DNA of 64,000 nucleotides from Lama glama. Its lineage: Eukaryota. Location: the NCBI GenBank assembly GCA_028534125.1, contig CM052818.1, positions 38,938,001 to 39,002,000 of the forward strand. Direction: 5' to 3'. Positions 40,201-53,899 of this stretch are shown piece by piece. Both the position numbers and the translations under genes were made by a program. How positions within the stretch are numbered: position 1 is the stretch's first letter; each line of letters starts with the position of its first letter. The notes beneath the pieces are model-generated. The model had not been told where the DNA came from and did not search any database. It saw nothing but the letters and a program-made list of their open reading frames with translations.

Positions 40201-41424
40201 GGGTTTTAGCAGACATCCCTGTTGCCCAATTCCATAGCAACACATGTGTAGAGTAACAGCAGGATGAGTGCTCTGTGCCGAGAGTCTGACTGCTGAGTAA
40301 TGGCACATCAGAAGCCTAAGAGATCTCCGCAACAGTTATATCAGCCAAGCAACACAATCCCTTTTCTATCAGGATTCCAATTAAAACTGCATGAGCCCTA
40401 CTCTAAAGAACCAGGGTGATCAAAGAAAAGGGTCAAATAGTTCAGGACAGAACTTGTTCCCCTGGCAGGAAGGGAGCAGGTGGTTAAGAGTACAGGGTCC
40501 AGAATGGAACTGCCTGTGTTCAGATCCCAGGTCTAGTCCCTCATGGTTGTGTCACCTCACACAAGGTCTCTGAACCTCATCCTATTCATCTGTCGACTGA
40601 TTACAATACCCTCCACACAGGGATGCGCTAAGGATTAAATCACATAGCCCATTCGAAGTAGCCAGAATAGTATATGACATGCAGTAAGCTTTCCTTACAC
40701 GTTAGCCATTTTTATCTGGCTAAGAGTTTCTTTAGTTCAGAGAAATAAAGAAGAGATAGGGTTAGAGAGAGAGAAGCATATATTTGATTTAACACAATTT
40801 TATTGATTTATGGATAATACTCATTTCAGAATATGGTATATCACTTTTTTATTGATTTTCATTTATGTTTTTTCAAATGTTATGTTACAGAATCCTTACT
40901 AGTATGGATCCATCAGACTCAGTGGCATTTGGGGTAAAAATGCTGGCACCTAAAGTGGTCAGAAAGGTACTTGCAGTCTCTTGAATAGACTGGCCTAGCT
41001 CAAGCCAGCCACATGGGCTCCTTGGATCTCAAGTACATGTGTAATCAACAAAACTCCTGGCAGGCGCAAAGGGCTTTGTTCCTGGGGTGTCATCCTGCCT
41101 CCTCCCCTTGCTACACTAAAGCCCACTGGGCATCAGTCCTCAGAAAATGTAAGACCATCTTCTTCAGAAAAATCTCTAGAGAAGAGGCCCTCCAAGATTC
41201 AAAAGGCGATTCTCCAACATTCCTTCCCAGCACGAAGAGAAGGAAGAGGGCAGAGAAGTAGATTTAAAAAAAAAAAAAAGTTGATAGAAGAATTGGATGG
41301 AAATAAGATAAGAAAGGAGTGCTGGAGGCTAGGGAAAGAAAATCAGCTGCCTTTTGGGTAGTAGCTAAGTAGTAACTAAGACACTCAAATTCCTTTCTCT
41401 CCAGGGGCTGTTGCTGGTGGATGT

Positions 41425-42040
41425 TGTGAAAGTTAGCCACTGCAGAGTTTGAGAACAGTCCACAAGACCATGGTCACCTCTGACACCAGTAGTCTGGAAG
41501 TTCCCAAGACCACCTTTGGTTTCAAAAATTGCTTGAAGGACTCACAGAACTCACCAAAACCTTTCATACTCAAGTTAGGTTTTACTGCATCAAAAGGATA
41601 CAGATTAAAGTCAGCCATGGGAGGCAGGACACGAGGAAGAATCCAAGAGGGTCCAAACACAGAGCTCCAAGCCCTCCTCTCCCTGTGGAGTCTGAACATT
41701 GTTATTCTTCTGGCATCAATGCATGACAACACACTCATTGCACTGCCAACCAGAGAAACCTTCATGTCCCCTCTTCCTGGGGTTCTACCACTTAGACATG
41801 GTTGACTGCTTATGTGGCTGATCTCAGTTTCCAGCCCCTTAGGAGGTCGAGCTGATGTTTCTTGAACCACAGCCCCGTCCAAAACCACATTGTTATTATC
41901 TGGCTGGCCCAAGGCTCCCAGGCAAAAAAAGACACTCTGATCAAGCATGACATTCCAAGGGCTGAGCAGTTACCTCCCAGAAGCTGAGGGCAAGGGTCAG
42001 ATCTCTCTTGGGGCAATGTTAAATTCTTTACTACACACCT
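41425..42040 (-). mobile_element. ERV LTR (MER21-like)
   Basis: cacaagacc...tctgacacc...gttcccaagaccacc...aggactcacagaactcac...aggcaaaaaaagacactct. Confidence 0.7.
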
Positions 42041-42834
42041 GTGACCTGAAGAACATTGTGAGAACATAAATATTGTTTTTAAAGACTCATCTTCTCAAGC
42101 AGTGTATTGAAAGAGGAGGACTTTGAATGCCAGGCTAAGAAGCTGGGACCAGCTGGGAACGGGAAGGAAGAAGGAGACAAATGGAAGTGAGAGTGGGAAA
42201 GGTCTTTCCTGGATGGGGGATTGGATACTCTGAGGTTATGTGGTTCTCTGAGGTTCTGCTTCAATTAGCAATTCCCACAGCCTTTCCAGAATCTGACACA
42301 GCGTGGCCTTCAGCTCTAGGGTCAGGTTTGCCTGGGAGAAGGGACCCCTTGAAGCAGAGCCAAGCTCAGATGGCATCCCTGTGCTGCCACCACAGGTGGA
42401 CAAGGTAGCTGACGTGACCCAGTCTGAGGCTTAGCAGAATGCATGCAGCAGGAAGAAATTCGGCATCCAAGAACCAGAGATCTGTGTTTCCTAGCACTGT
42501 GCTTTCAACAGGATCTTCATGGGCTCAACTTCCCACCAGTAAAATGGGGCTGATGACCCTCCCACAAAAGTGTTCATGAGAATAAACCCGAACCCTTTCT
42601 AGCCCATCATCCTGTGGAGATGAATGAAGTTATTATGTTAATGGCAAAAACTCACATTTCCTGCTCTTGCCCCCACTGATCATGCATGATCTCCAGGCCC
42701 CTGCAAAGTCTCCTCAAGAGCCTCAGGGAATTCTCCAGAAACCTCACCTGTGCTCAAAAGCAGCCTTCCAGCCTCTGTCTATAGATGGTCTCCACTCTGT
42801 TCTTTCTCCCTCCTGCTCCAATGCTCCCTGTCAG

Positions 42835-43180
42835 GACCTGGTATCAAGTGTCAGCAACTTTCTGTAAAGGGCCAGATAGAAAGTATTTGAAGCTTTGCAG
42901 GATATTGCAGTCCTGATCTCAGTTTCTCAACTCCACCACTGTAGCAAGGGAGCAGCCATAGTCAACATATCAACCAGTGAGTGCGGCTGTGTTCCAATAA
43001 AACTTTATTTATGAACAATGACATTTTAATTTCATATCATTTTCACACGCCACAAAATATTATTCTTTCAATTTTTTCCCACCTTTTAAAAATATAAAAA
43101 CCATTCTTAGCTAATAGGCCATAAAAAAAATAGGCAGCAGGCCATGTTTGTCTCATAGGCTTCAGCTTGCCAAGCACTGC
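42835..43180. mobile_element. MER58B-like hAT DNA transposon
   Basis: gtcagcaactttctgtaaagggccagata...gttccaataaaactttattta...aaaccattcttagct. Confidence 0.75.
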
Positions 43181-44016
43181 CCTATGCTCATAACACTCCA
43201 GTGAGGGCACGTTATTCCTGTGCAAATGCCAAGGGCGCTGCCTCCAATGTTTCCAAAGCTTCCAGTCCACCCGGAACCAGGAGGTGCTGGGACCTGTGCA
43301 GAAAGAGAGGAAGTCCCCTTCCCCCAACTTTATGAAAACTCTGTCATCTCAACCTGGAAGCTTCGCTTGCCCATAAGTAATTAAAGAGTAACCACATAAT
43401 AAGGTCACATTTTCATAATACCCAAAGCTGACTGAGTCCCCTCTTATAACCCCAACTAGGGGTAGATCCAGGTTTTGTGGAGCTTGAAACATAAAAAATT
43501 GGGGGGCCCTCTTTAATTTACAGTGGAGACAGCAATGTCAATGGTGGAGTAAGGAACTCCAAAATCTGCCCTTTCCTACACACAATGAAAAAACTAACAA
43601 CCAAAAAAATTGTTAGAATCAAGTTTTTCAGAATTCTGTAAAATCCAAAAGTTTACGAGAATCAGGGGAGTGCTTAAACAAGAAAGATTGCTGAGTCCTG
43701 GGAAGAACAGAGAGCTTGGTGAACTGCCTAGCTGAATATTGAAGGAGTGCCTCCAGCACGTACTGAGAGACCATCTGCAAAGACTAGATGTTTGGCATCA
43801 GGCATTGAAGGAAATCTCTGTCAGATCATTAGCTGGCTATTAAGCTAATAGAACAGAGACCTGAGGGGCCACACACAACCAAAGAGACATTACAAAATCA
43901 GTTCAGAAAAGTCACTAAACAAATAACAACTCCTACAAGCAGCAATCAAAAAACCCTAGAAAAGGGGAGGAAATCTGATTTCCAGAGTTGGCACCTTACA
44001 ATATTTTAAATGTCCA

Positions 44017-44178
44017 GGGACGGCTGGTATAGCTCAGTGGTAGAGTGCATGCTTAGCCGGCACTAGGTCCTGGGTTCAATACCCAGTACCTCCTTTAAAA
44101 TAAATAAACAAACTTCATTACCTCCCCCCTCAAAACAAAACAAACAAAAAAGTAATAAAAATAACAAAAAATTATTTT
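44017..44178 (+). mobile_element. tRNA-derived SINE (Vic-1-like) inside an old L1 fragment
   Basis: gtatagctcagtggtagagtgcatgcttagc...ggttcaatacccagtacctcc. TSD aatgtccag at 44009-44017 and 44179-44187. Confidence 0.9.
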
Positions 44179-44209
44179 AATGTCCAGTTTTCAATTAAAA
44201 ACTGATGAG

Positions 44210-45075
44210 GCATATACTCAGAGGGAACTCTAATTTGTAAAGATATATGCACCCCAGTGTTCATATCAGCACTATTTACAATAGCCAAGACATGGAAATC
44301 ACCTAAATGTCCATTGACAGATGAATGGATAAAGCAGTTGTGGTATATTTATACAATGGAATGCTACTCAGCCATAAAAAAATAGTAAAATAATGCCATT
44401 TGCAGAAATATGGATGGACCTGGAGATCATCAGTCTAAGTAAAGTAAACCAGAAAGAGAAAAAAAAACCATATGATATCGCTTATATATGGAATCTTAAA
44501 AAAAAAAAAAGACACAAATGAACTTATGTACAGAACAGAAACAGTCTTACAGACATAGAAAACAAACTTATGGTTACCAGGGGGCAAAGGGGGTGGGAAG
44601 GGATAAATTGAGAGTTCGAGATTTGCAGATACTAACTACTATATATAAAATAGATAAACAACAACTTTATACTGTAAGCACAGGGAATTACATTCAATAT
44701 CTTATAGTAATCTATAATGCAAAAGAATATGAAAATGAATATACGTATGTTCATGTATGACTGAGGCACTATGCTGTACACCAGGAATTGACACATTATA
44801 AACTGACTATACTTCAATAAAAAAAATATATATATACGAAAAAAATAAAGTTATGTAATAAAATTTTTTAAATTCATTTTAAAAACTTTATTGAAGTGTA
44901 GTTGATGTACCATGTTAGTTTCAGGTGTACAGCAAAGTGATGCAGTTATACATATACATACATATATTTTTTCTTTTCAGATTCTTTTCCATTGTATGTT
45001 ATTACAAGAGATTGAATATAGTTCCCTGTGCTATACAGTAGGTCCTTGTTGTTTATCTATTTTATGTATAGTAAT
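44210..45075. mobile_element. Young L1 3' end (+, about 44210-44850) tail-to-tail with an L1 3' fragment (-, about 44875-45075)
   Basis: ORF2 end (cagcactatttacaatagccaagacatggaa) and 3'UTR, then an antisense ttgaagtgtagttgat...gttccctgtgctatacagtagg. Confidence 0.9.
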
Positions 45076-48000
45076 GTCATCCGCTTCTTTATTTTAGTCT
45101 CACAAAGACTCTGGGAAGCAGGAATTAAGATCATTAATGGGTAGATAAACAGAGAAGATGCTGGAGAAGTGGGAGTAATATCTGAGAGGCCCCCTGTCCA
45201 ACAGGGCAGAACTTGTTGGGAACGCAGCTCTCCCGAGAAGCTGTGACAATCAGGTGGAATGGGGTAAACTGTGGAGACCTTTCGGTGGTCTTATCCCAAC
45301 CTGTTGATCCAAAGAAGGTTTTCATCACAAAGAGACTGTAAGCAGATTCCAAGGGAACTAGGAATAGAAGATACAGGATTATCATATCTCCTTCCCTGAA
45401 AACCTAACAAAAGCAGTAAAGTGATAAAAGCAACAGAATTCAAATGTACAATGTACACTTGAAAAAGAACTATATACAGAAAAAAAAAAGATTTGGGGGG
45501 TCAGTTATCTAGAGATGAGGAGACAGGCTGGCAGATGATTATTCTGTAAAATCTTACTTACACTCCCTCATTTGGACATACATAGAGGAAGGCAGTCCAG
45601 GGGAAAACACAGATTGCCCCTCTAGACTAGGACCTTCTGCCCATCCTGTGTGGCCGGTCACAAATCTGCAGGCTTTTACTAAGTTGTGCAAAGGAAATGT
45701 AGCCTTTTTATTTTCTTTAGCTGATAGATAACCCCACCCCTCTGGCTGGGAAAACTTAAACTTGCCTATGAATGGTATCTCCACCTCTTCTAGACAAAAC
45801 AGTCTCTTTAAAGAATTCAGTCTCTTCAGATAAACACCACATTGTCCACATTTCCTCTCTAACTCTAGTTCTTCCCCAAATGGCATCTGAGTACAAGTGA
45901 GGTCTTAGGCGACCACATAGCAATGGGGGCAAAGGGCTTTAGAAATGTGCATGAAGGACACTGTTCTGCCCCTGGGTCCCCTGGACTCAGCAACAATGCC
46001 CTTTGTCCACCTGGGTATTGGCATCAGGTGAACATCCATCTCTGTGGTCGATGACTGTGAGAGTTGAGCCTGTTCTGGCTCAGGCCGGTCCTAGGTTTCT
46101 CCCCTCACTGGCTCACACCCACTTCCATTAACCCTGGTGTAGAGCCTGCCTACACCTCCGCCACATCTTCCATCCGGCCTGGAGCTCAGGTGGGGCGGGC
46201 CAGCCCCCAGCCACTCTGGCCACACGACATTGCCTCCCCCCAAGGGGCAGCCCACTGATTTTCCACACAACCACTGAGCGCAGCCTGCTAGGGAGCATGC
46301 AGTAATGTCCAGATCCTTCCCGTTCCACAGGAAGACGTGAGGAGCACTAGCTCAGGTCCTGCCCCTGAACAACAATTCCCATGTGGACATCTGCAGGGTC
46401 TGTCCTCATTTGCCAAGGTCACCCTGCCCTCCAGTCTCCTCCCAGAGTTCCAAACAGACAGCAAGGCAGAAACCCCCTCTGCTTCTGGTTTTCTGTTTAA
46501 TCTGTTTATCTATATAGCTCCCCTACCAGACGCAGGACAGGAAGAGGAAGTCCAAATACACTTATCTGGCCTCCTGTTTCTACTATCTCTGTTATCCTTC
46601 CTACATTCCTCCGGGCCAAGGAGGTCCTTTCCACCTCCAGTCTGGGTGGAACCCTTCTTACATCTTGTCCTTCTTCTTCCCTAGGGCAGGAGGCCTTGTG
46701 GGGGCTGCCACGGGCTGAATGGAGGCTTGCTTCTTTACAGAAGAAGCTCTGTGGTGAGTCCATCAGGTTTGGCTCTTGAAATGAGAACTAGAGGACGTCC
46801 AGAAAGTAGAGGTTACCCAAGACATTGTTCTAAGATCCCTGAGTACGACTCTCATCCCCCACAAACACGCAGGACCTCAGTAGGCCAAGGGTCCCATTTT
46901 GCGCTACTCTGAGAAGAAGATGGCAGGGAGTCTGATGAAGGACAGGGCAGCTACTAGAATAATAACATGTCTTCCATTTTGGTAAATGTAAAGAAAAACC
47001 AAAATTAAACAAATTTTTTAAAAATTGAAAACAAGGAAATTTCGTGAAAGCAAATGTCCACAAAACTCTAGGTCTAACTCTCCAGCAGGGACTTCACAGT
47101 TGTTACTGAAATGAGACCAGTGAGAGTCATGGAACTGTGGATGAGAAAGCCTGGGCTTGAACTGGCCCACATGTGCAGTCACAGACCTCCCATGCCAGCC
47201 ACCTGCAGCTCCGTTCCTGGCTTCCCTGGCTGCAGCCAGGGCTGCTCTTTAGTGGTGTTTCTTAGCACTATCCAGATCTCACCACTCCCTGGGTTTCTTC
47301 CTCCTTTCAGAAGGAACAGGGGCCACAGAGCCAGCTGTGCCAGCTCAGCCAAAGCAGGCGGGATGGACTAGTCCTACAATATGGTGGTTGAGCTCAGAGA
47401 AAGTAACCCTAGTGTGTGAAGATCTACAGGACCCTGGTCAGGGGCCGTGACTTGCCTCTGAAGCCCCCGCACTCCTTGGCCGGGGTCTCAAACTCCTCTT
47501 GATTAGGGCTGCTCTCAGAGCCCAAAGGAGCCAAGGCTGCCCCTTAAGCTGTGAAGCCAGCCTGTGCATGTATGTATGAGTATGTGCATGCATGCATGTA
47601 TGGTAGGGGGAGCTGGGAGGAAAGGCAGGGGCTGTAACTGGGGCCTGACCCCAGGTGTGCACTCTGGTCCCCAACCTGCTGTTGTATGTATGAATTCCCT
47701 CCCATCATGCCCCCTCCCCAACCAGATCATTCCATATTGCCCTCTCATTTGGAAAAACTTAGTTTTTCTTAGCCTGACCATGCTTTCAGGAAGGCAGGCC
47801 CAGGCACACTGCTCAGATGCAGCCCTTTTGACCTGTGGTCACAAGGAGTCTTGCAGGAATCAGTGGTGACTCACACACCCAGGCAGCCAGGCCCAGCTGG
47901 GCTTCCAGATGAGATGGAATGGAGTATCCCAGGGACCGGTCCTGGACTTCTGACACCCTGGAGAGTATTAGAGCCTGTTATTTCCAGGAAAAACCCTTTC

Positions 48001-48444
48001 AAGAACACCCTGGGACACGAATGGTGGGAAGAAGAACCAGTGGGAAGAAGAACCAATTTCTTAAGGCTCTGTGTCCCTACAGCCCCATGAGATAGCAGGG
48101 AGCAGCGATTGTCAACTCAGAGATCTTGAGTAGGTCATGGCTCTTCTCTGAGCCTCAAAGTCTCCATCTGTCCAAGGCGGAACAGTTGGCCACTGTCTCT
48201 ATGCTTCAACAAAGCACAGCAAAGAAGCAATTCCTGCCCTCTCCTGAGCATGGCAACTCCCACCTCAGGAGAGCCCCACAAGTACAGGCCTGACTCTTGG
48301 GAGAGGAGCCCCAAGGACCTGAGGGCAACCTTGGTGCTTCTGCACTTGCCCTGCCCCACCCCTCCCAGCCCCCAGCCCCAGCCCCAGCCCCAGGCAGAGC
48401 ACAAGCAAAGGCTGAGGGTGGACGCTGCGGCCTGGACTGTGAGC

Positions 48445-48462
48445 TGCTGCCCTCTAGTGGCC
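48445..48462 (-). promoter_or_regulatory. CTCF motif
   Basis: Minus strand GGCCACTAGAGGGCAGCA, a consensus match. Confidence 0.65.
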
Positions 48463-49104
48463 CAGAGGGAGGGAAGGAGAGAGAGCTGGGCAGAGAAGAG
48501 AAAGCAGGCAGAGAGGGAGAGGCAAAGGCCTCAAAGCAAAGGAGGGGTAGAGGGAGATGGACGGCGGAGGGCATGGAAGATGGGGTGAATCAAAGGGAAG
48601 AGGCCTCCCATGTGAGCATCCCCATCCCCCGGGCAGCTCTCTTTCTCGCCATGTGGTCAGTATTTCCACTTGATTTGTACATCAGCCACCGAGAGCTCTG
48701 TCTGGTGTGTGACCAGGGCTCTCACTCAACTTCAAGAGCTCCGACTGAGTTGGAAATTCCTGAACCCACTGGTTTTGGCTGAACTTGTCCAGATGTCTCG
48801 TCTTGTGAGGCCCCTTGGAGGAGTAGCCGCCAAATGAGTCTGCTCCAATTTCATCTCTCTCTGCCTTCAACTGCCTCGTGGGTCCCTCTGACTTCCACTT
48901 CACTTTCATGTTTTTGCTAAACCTGTATTTCTGTCCTTGACTTTCCTCCAGAGCTACAGACCTATACATCTAGCTCTCTACTGGATATCCCACCCATCTG
49001 TCCCTTAAATGTCTCAAACTCAAGATGTCCAAAACGGAACTCATCACCCTCCCTAGACCCACTCCTCCTACGAGCCCTACCATGTTCCTTTAGTGTGGGA
49101 GACC

Positions 49105-49528
49105 CTGTGATGGGCCACCACGGTCCCCCTCAGGAATGACAAGTATCTTCCCCCAACTGCTAGGAGTGCTGCTGGCAGAAAGCCTCAGCTGATAGTCTGC
49201 CTCAGGGATTTCCTAAGCTGCATGGAGTCACCTCACCTAAGCTCACGTCTCTCCCAGGGAGACCCCCAACCTCAGTCAATGTGCGAACACAAAGCCTAGT
49301 CCCTTTGCCCGAGATAGAACAACTCTGCAGGGTCATCCACGTACGGTCAGCTGAGCTCTGCTGAGACTGCATTGTCACTCAACTTCTCCATGTTCCCAAT
49401 CCTGCTTTCATCCTTCCCTTCCCTTCCCTTCCTTTCCCTTCTACAGGTATTGATCACAAGAGAAATACCCGATCAACCTTTAGAATTCAAATCTCTGTCT
49501 CAGAGCCCAGGGAATGCAATCTGCAAAC
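49105..49528. mobile_element. Old ERVL LTR (LTR16-like) inserted in an L2 fragment
   Basis: ccccctcaggaatga...gctaggagtgctgctggcaga...gagactgcattg...tcagagcccagggaa. No counterpart at the paralogous position near 28190. Confidence 0.55.
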
Positions 49529-49529
49529 A

Positions 49530-50630
49530 AGGCGCAAACCCTGAGTCCTGGCTGACATCTCCTCTTCTTCGCCCACAATCAAGAAGATCAGGCCCATCCT
49601 CCTTGCTATGTGTCCCAGGTTCACGCCCCTCATAACCACTGCCACCCCATACCTCAGGTCCCCTCAACAGTCACTCTCTTCCTCATTTCTTACAGCCCAA
49701 GGAGCTAGATTCATCTTCCAAAGCACCACTCTTCTCCCCAAAGCTGCAGGTTAACTCAAGCCCCGATGCCTCACTCGGGCCCCCTATTATCTGAGCCAAA
49801 CTGCCCTCACAGCCTCACTTGGCCCCATGGACTTCCTGGGCCGCCCAGTCGGGCCCCACCACACCCCCAGAGCAGGTGGGCCAGGGGCACATTCCCAGCG
49901 CTGAGCACGAAGCAGCTGATGCAGACTGTACAACTGCCCGGTTGCCCGTAGAGACGGGGTGGAATCCCTCCCTGTCTGAGGTTCCCACTCAAGAGGCCCC
50001 TCTCTGGGCTGCGATGATTAACAGTCGGGAGCGGCACCAGGATCAATGACTCACAGACAGAGCTGGGGCTCCTGGAGCAGGGTCAGCGGACAAAGGCAGT
50101 AACTCGGGTTCACCCGGCCTCACAGGGCCTGTGCCTCACAAGATACCCGATCTCCGGGGCCTGTGGGAGGGCCCGGGACACGCCTGCGCCCAGTGAGAAG
50201 GGAGGCTGAGGCCGGGCTCTTCTCTGCCAAGTGTTTCCTGGTTCTTTTCTCATCATCTAGACTTTCCTTTGTCTTATATCACCGAACTCTATACAGTCAG
50301 GTTCTGTGGCATTGACTAGGTGACATACTGATTTAAATATTCCCTACGTGAAATCAAGCCTCTACATAAATGCCATTTACTCTTAGATTCAGACAGTTTT
50401 CTTTCTTTTTATATTGTTTAGGGTTTTCTTTAGTTTCTAACTTTGCAGGGTATTTAAAAACTGTTTTTAGTCTTACTCTTTACACTGTGTTTTTGAAAGA
50501 ACAATGTATTTCCTCTTTGTAACTCTTGAAATGGCATTTAGACAAAACTATAAAATTCTGCTGTTTTAAAAATTGATAAATATACATTTCACCTTCATAA
50601 ATTATAGAAGCTTTTTGTTTTCAAATGAAA
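49530..50630 (+). repeat. Local duplication, copy B (near-identical core 49669-50233)
   Basis: Paralog of copy A, offset about 21.3 kb. Confidence 0.95.
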
Positions 50631-52891
50631 AAGGTGTGTATATACAAATCCAAAATTTACTTTCAAAAGAATGCTTCATTTTGACATGATTTTTAAGGAG
50701 TTGTGTGCCTCTTCCATTATTTATTTTAATTTTTAATGTTGTTCCTAAATATGTCGTTTATTCCCAAGGACTCTGGTTTCATGTTAAAATTAAGGCTCAG
50801 AGTGATCTGCTTAAGAGACCCAGTTATGTTCTTTCATCTTCATTTATAAAAGGCATCCAATAGAGGTCCTATAAATCAATCAGCAACAAGACCAATATTG
50901 AGTGTGATCCCATTTGTTTTACCCACATGCTCACAAACACACACACACAAGCATATATGTTTGGGAAATTTCTGGAAGGATACAGAAGAAAATGTTAGCT
51001 GTTGTTGCCTCTAAGGAGTGAGATTGGAAGTGGATACATGGTTCTGTGGCTGCTGGCATTTCTGCTGACAATTATGGTCAAGAAGGCATTTATTTTTTCT
51101 GTGGTTGCAAAAGCAGAAATCTTGGCTGGACTAGCTTTGTGGTTGCAAAGAGACAGAGGACAAGAAATCCAATGTTTTTAATGTGAATTGCAGTTAAGGT
51201 GGCATATCCTCAATGATTTCCTTGGCAGGACAGTCCTGTGGTACTGTTACAGGGGAGCCATTCCTGGAAGCTCAGCCTCCAGTTTACACCCCCTACCCTT
51301 CCAACAATTTTGTAATCACCTTACTCTCTGTTTTAAGCTTCTTTCTACTGCAATTGCCTGGACTCATTTCCATTATCTGCAACCACACTTTGAACTGACA
51401 CAGTGGGTAAAAAGGAGAATTACAAATCTCAGAGGAGCTCTTCATATGATATTACCAATGCCCCCTTTGTATAATTAACCCTCCAAGGTTGAACAAGACA
51501 CTATGACCCAGATCTTGTCTTTGCACAGCTTACTGATCCCTTCCTTGTCCTAGTTTCTCCACCTCTTCAACAAGATACCCGTGTTCGCATATTAGTCAGG
51601 ACTATTTGGTTACACGTGACAGAAACTGTTAATTCCATCTACTGTAGGCAAAAATATACATATATTGTATTAGACACAACCAGACAACAAGAAGGGCTGG
51701 GATGGATCCATCTTTGCCTCACTCTCCCTCAGCTCTCTTTCTCTCACTTTCTTTCTCTTTTTCTATCTCTCTTTCATGCAAATCTCTATATGTTAGCTTT
51801 TCTCTCTTTAGGCTGGCTGCCTCCTACAAAAGTGTCATTACGACTGCTGGCAGCTCTTGGCTCATATTATCATAATTGTAAAAGGAAGGAGAGGGACTTT
51901 CCTCCCGTAACTTCAATTTGAAAAAACCCTGGAGAATAACTCTTACTGAATTAGTTTGGTTGATATGCTTGTCCTTTGGATAAATCACTATGTCATGGAG
52001 AGGTTTAGCTTGATTCAAGCAAGGTCTGTTATAGGAAAAGATGAAAAGACGCTTTAAAAAAAAAAGTAAATGACCACTATGATGTGAACCCTCAACTGCT
52101 CGAAACACACAACCCTATCTTAAAAAGTGCTTGCACGTTGAAGACTACCCTTCCTCGCTCCACTTGGAACCCTGACATCAACCGTGTGAATGAGGCAGGT
52201 AAATGAGCTGAATGGTGAGAGACATAAAACCAACTGTCCTGTTCTCCCAGGCAACAGCCAAAAATGTGAGGGGGGTTTATTGACTTGAAGGCTTCCCAAC
52301 CTGGAGGGAGGCCACAGAAGCTTGCATGAGCCCAGCCAACCCCAAAGGAACTATCCACTGGATCCAGCCCAAGTTGCTGACCCACAGAATCACTGATTAA
52401 TAAATGATGACTATACTAAGCCACTGCACACTACGGTAACTTGTTACACAGCAAAAGCTAATTGATACACTTATCCTATTCCCAAAGGGAAACAACTAAG
52501 GATTATATCCAGTCACTACAGTCTGCTGAGTTCAGGATCCTCTCAGTGATCTCTGTTCTTCTCTGAAAGTTTTAGATATGATTGAGCAATTCATACATTA
52601 AGTGTGGGGTTCAACTATCTCCAAAACACCTGGCAAACAACGCTGGAAAGAAAAAAAAAGATTCTCTTTTCAGAAAAGAAAAAAAAAAGGAAAATGTCTA
52701 GTATGATGACATTTTTCATTATTTTTGGCTGCCCATATTTGAATTTTTTTTTATGTCTAAGGAGGCTGTCACCTTATGAAGCAGATTCTGTATAGATCCC
52801 ACCATAGAAGCTAAAAAATTTTCCTCAGTCTCCCTTCCAGCTAGGATGCGGGCACATGGCCTTGATTCTGCCAATCAGATGCATTTACCTT

Positions 52892-53008
52892 TTTTTGGTG
52901 GGAGGAGGAAATTAGGTTTATTTATTTATTAATGGAGGTGCGGGGGGTTGAATCCATGACCTTGTGCATGCTAAGAATACACTCTACCACTGAGCTATTC
53001 TCTCCCCC
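52892..53008 (-). mobile_element. tRNA-derived SINE (Vic-1-like)
   Basis: Antisense A and B boxes. TSD tgcatttacctt at 52880-52891 and 53010-53021. Confidence 0.88.
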
Positions 53009-53899
53009 TTGCATTTACCTTGTAAATCAGAAAACTGTGACTTGAAGAAGCAGAAAACCCTGTGTGAGTGGTGACAGTTCTAGGGATGGTGATCAGTGGC
53101 AGCTTCATTAGTGTGGACAGTGCTACTTAATAAATTTCAAATGAGCAACTTTGGTTGCTAAAGGCTCTGTTGACTGGGGGTATCCACTTTGTCCAGATCC
53201 TCCATGGCCATTGTTGGGGTCTTCTCTACCTTAAAGGATGAACTGCATTGCTACAGGTGTAAGGAGCATGGGGAATGGTTTGATACTCTGAGCACCACTC
53301 TGGAGCCACAGGAGACCAAAGAGGATTTCCTGAGGCACTTTGCCTAAACATGTTGTGCCAGCATTTCTACATTTTTATGCTGCATTATGCTGTCTTGCGT
53401 GGGGAACTTCTGTAACATGATGTGCTTTCCTGGGTCTTCCCTTTGGAAGTAAGCACAGGTTCCTTTATCCCAGATCCCCAAACATAACTGGAGGTTCTCT
53501 TGTCTCTACATAACTCTTGTCCCAATAAATGCGTGTATCTGTTACTGCAGGTCCCCCAAGAAGCAGATACCAAGACAAGATTAAATGTGTAAAAACGTAT
53601 CACGGGAAACCCCAGCAAAGGCAAATGCGAAGGGAGTCAGGAAAGGCTGGAAGAGATGTCAGCCCATGATATATGTCGACCTTGAGTGAAGGAGAAAGGC
53701 AAGCAAGGAAGGAAAGTTGGGTGGAAGTTTGCAATGCAGTTAGAAGGAAAGTTGAGCAAGGACGATGAGGAGGTCTCAGACCAAAGTCACCTTTCCAGGA
53801 GTTCCATGTCCCCTAGGAATGGGCCTGCTGTGGTACCCTGGCTTACTCAGTAATTGGCTGGAAGCAATGGTGAGAAGCACAGATTCAGTGGACACGCAG

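Noticed and set aside
49669..50233. Assembly artefact (haplotype duplication) as the cause of the repeated core
   Set aside because: About 4% divergence with graded, more diverged homologous flanks and a matching decayed SLC7A15 paralog argue for a real duplication.
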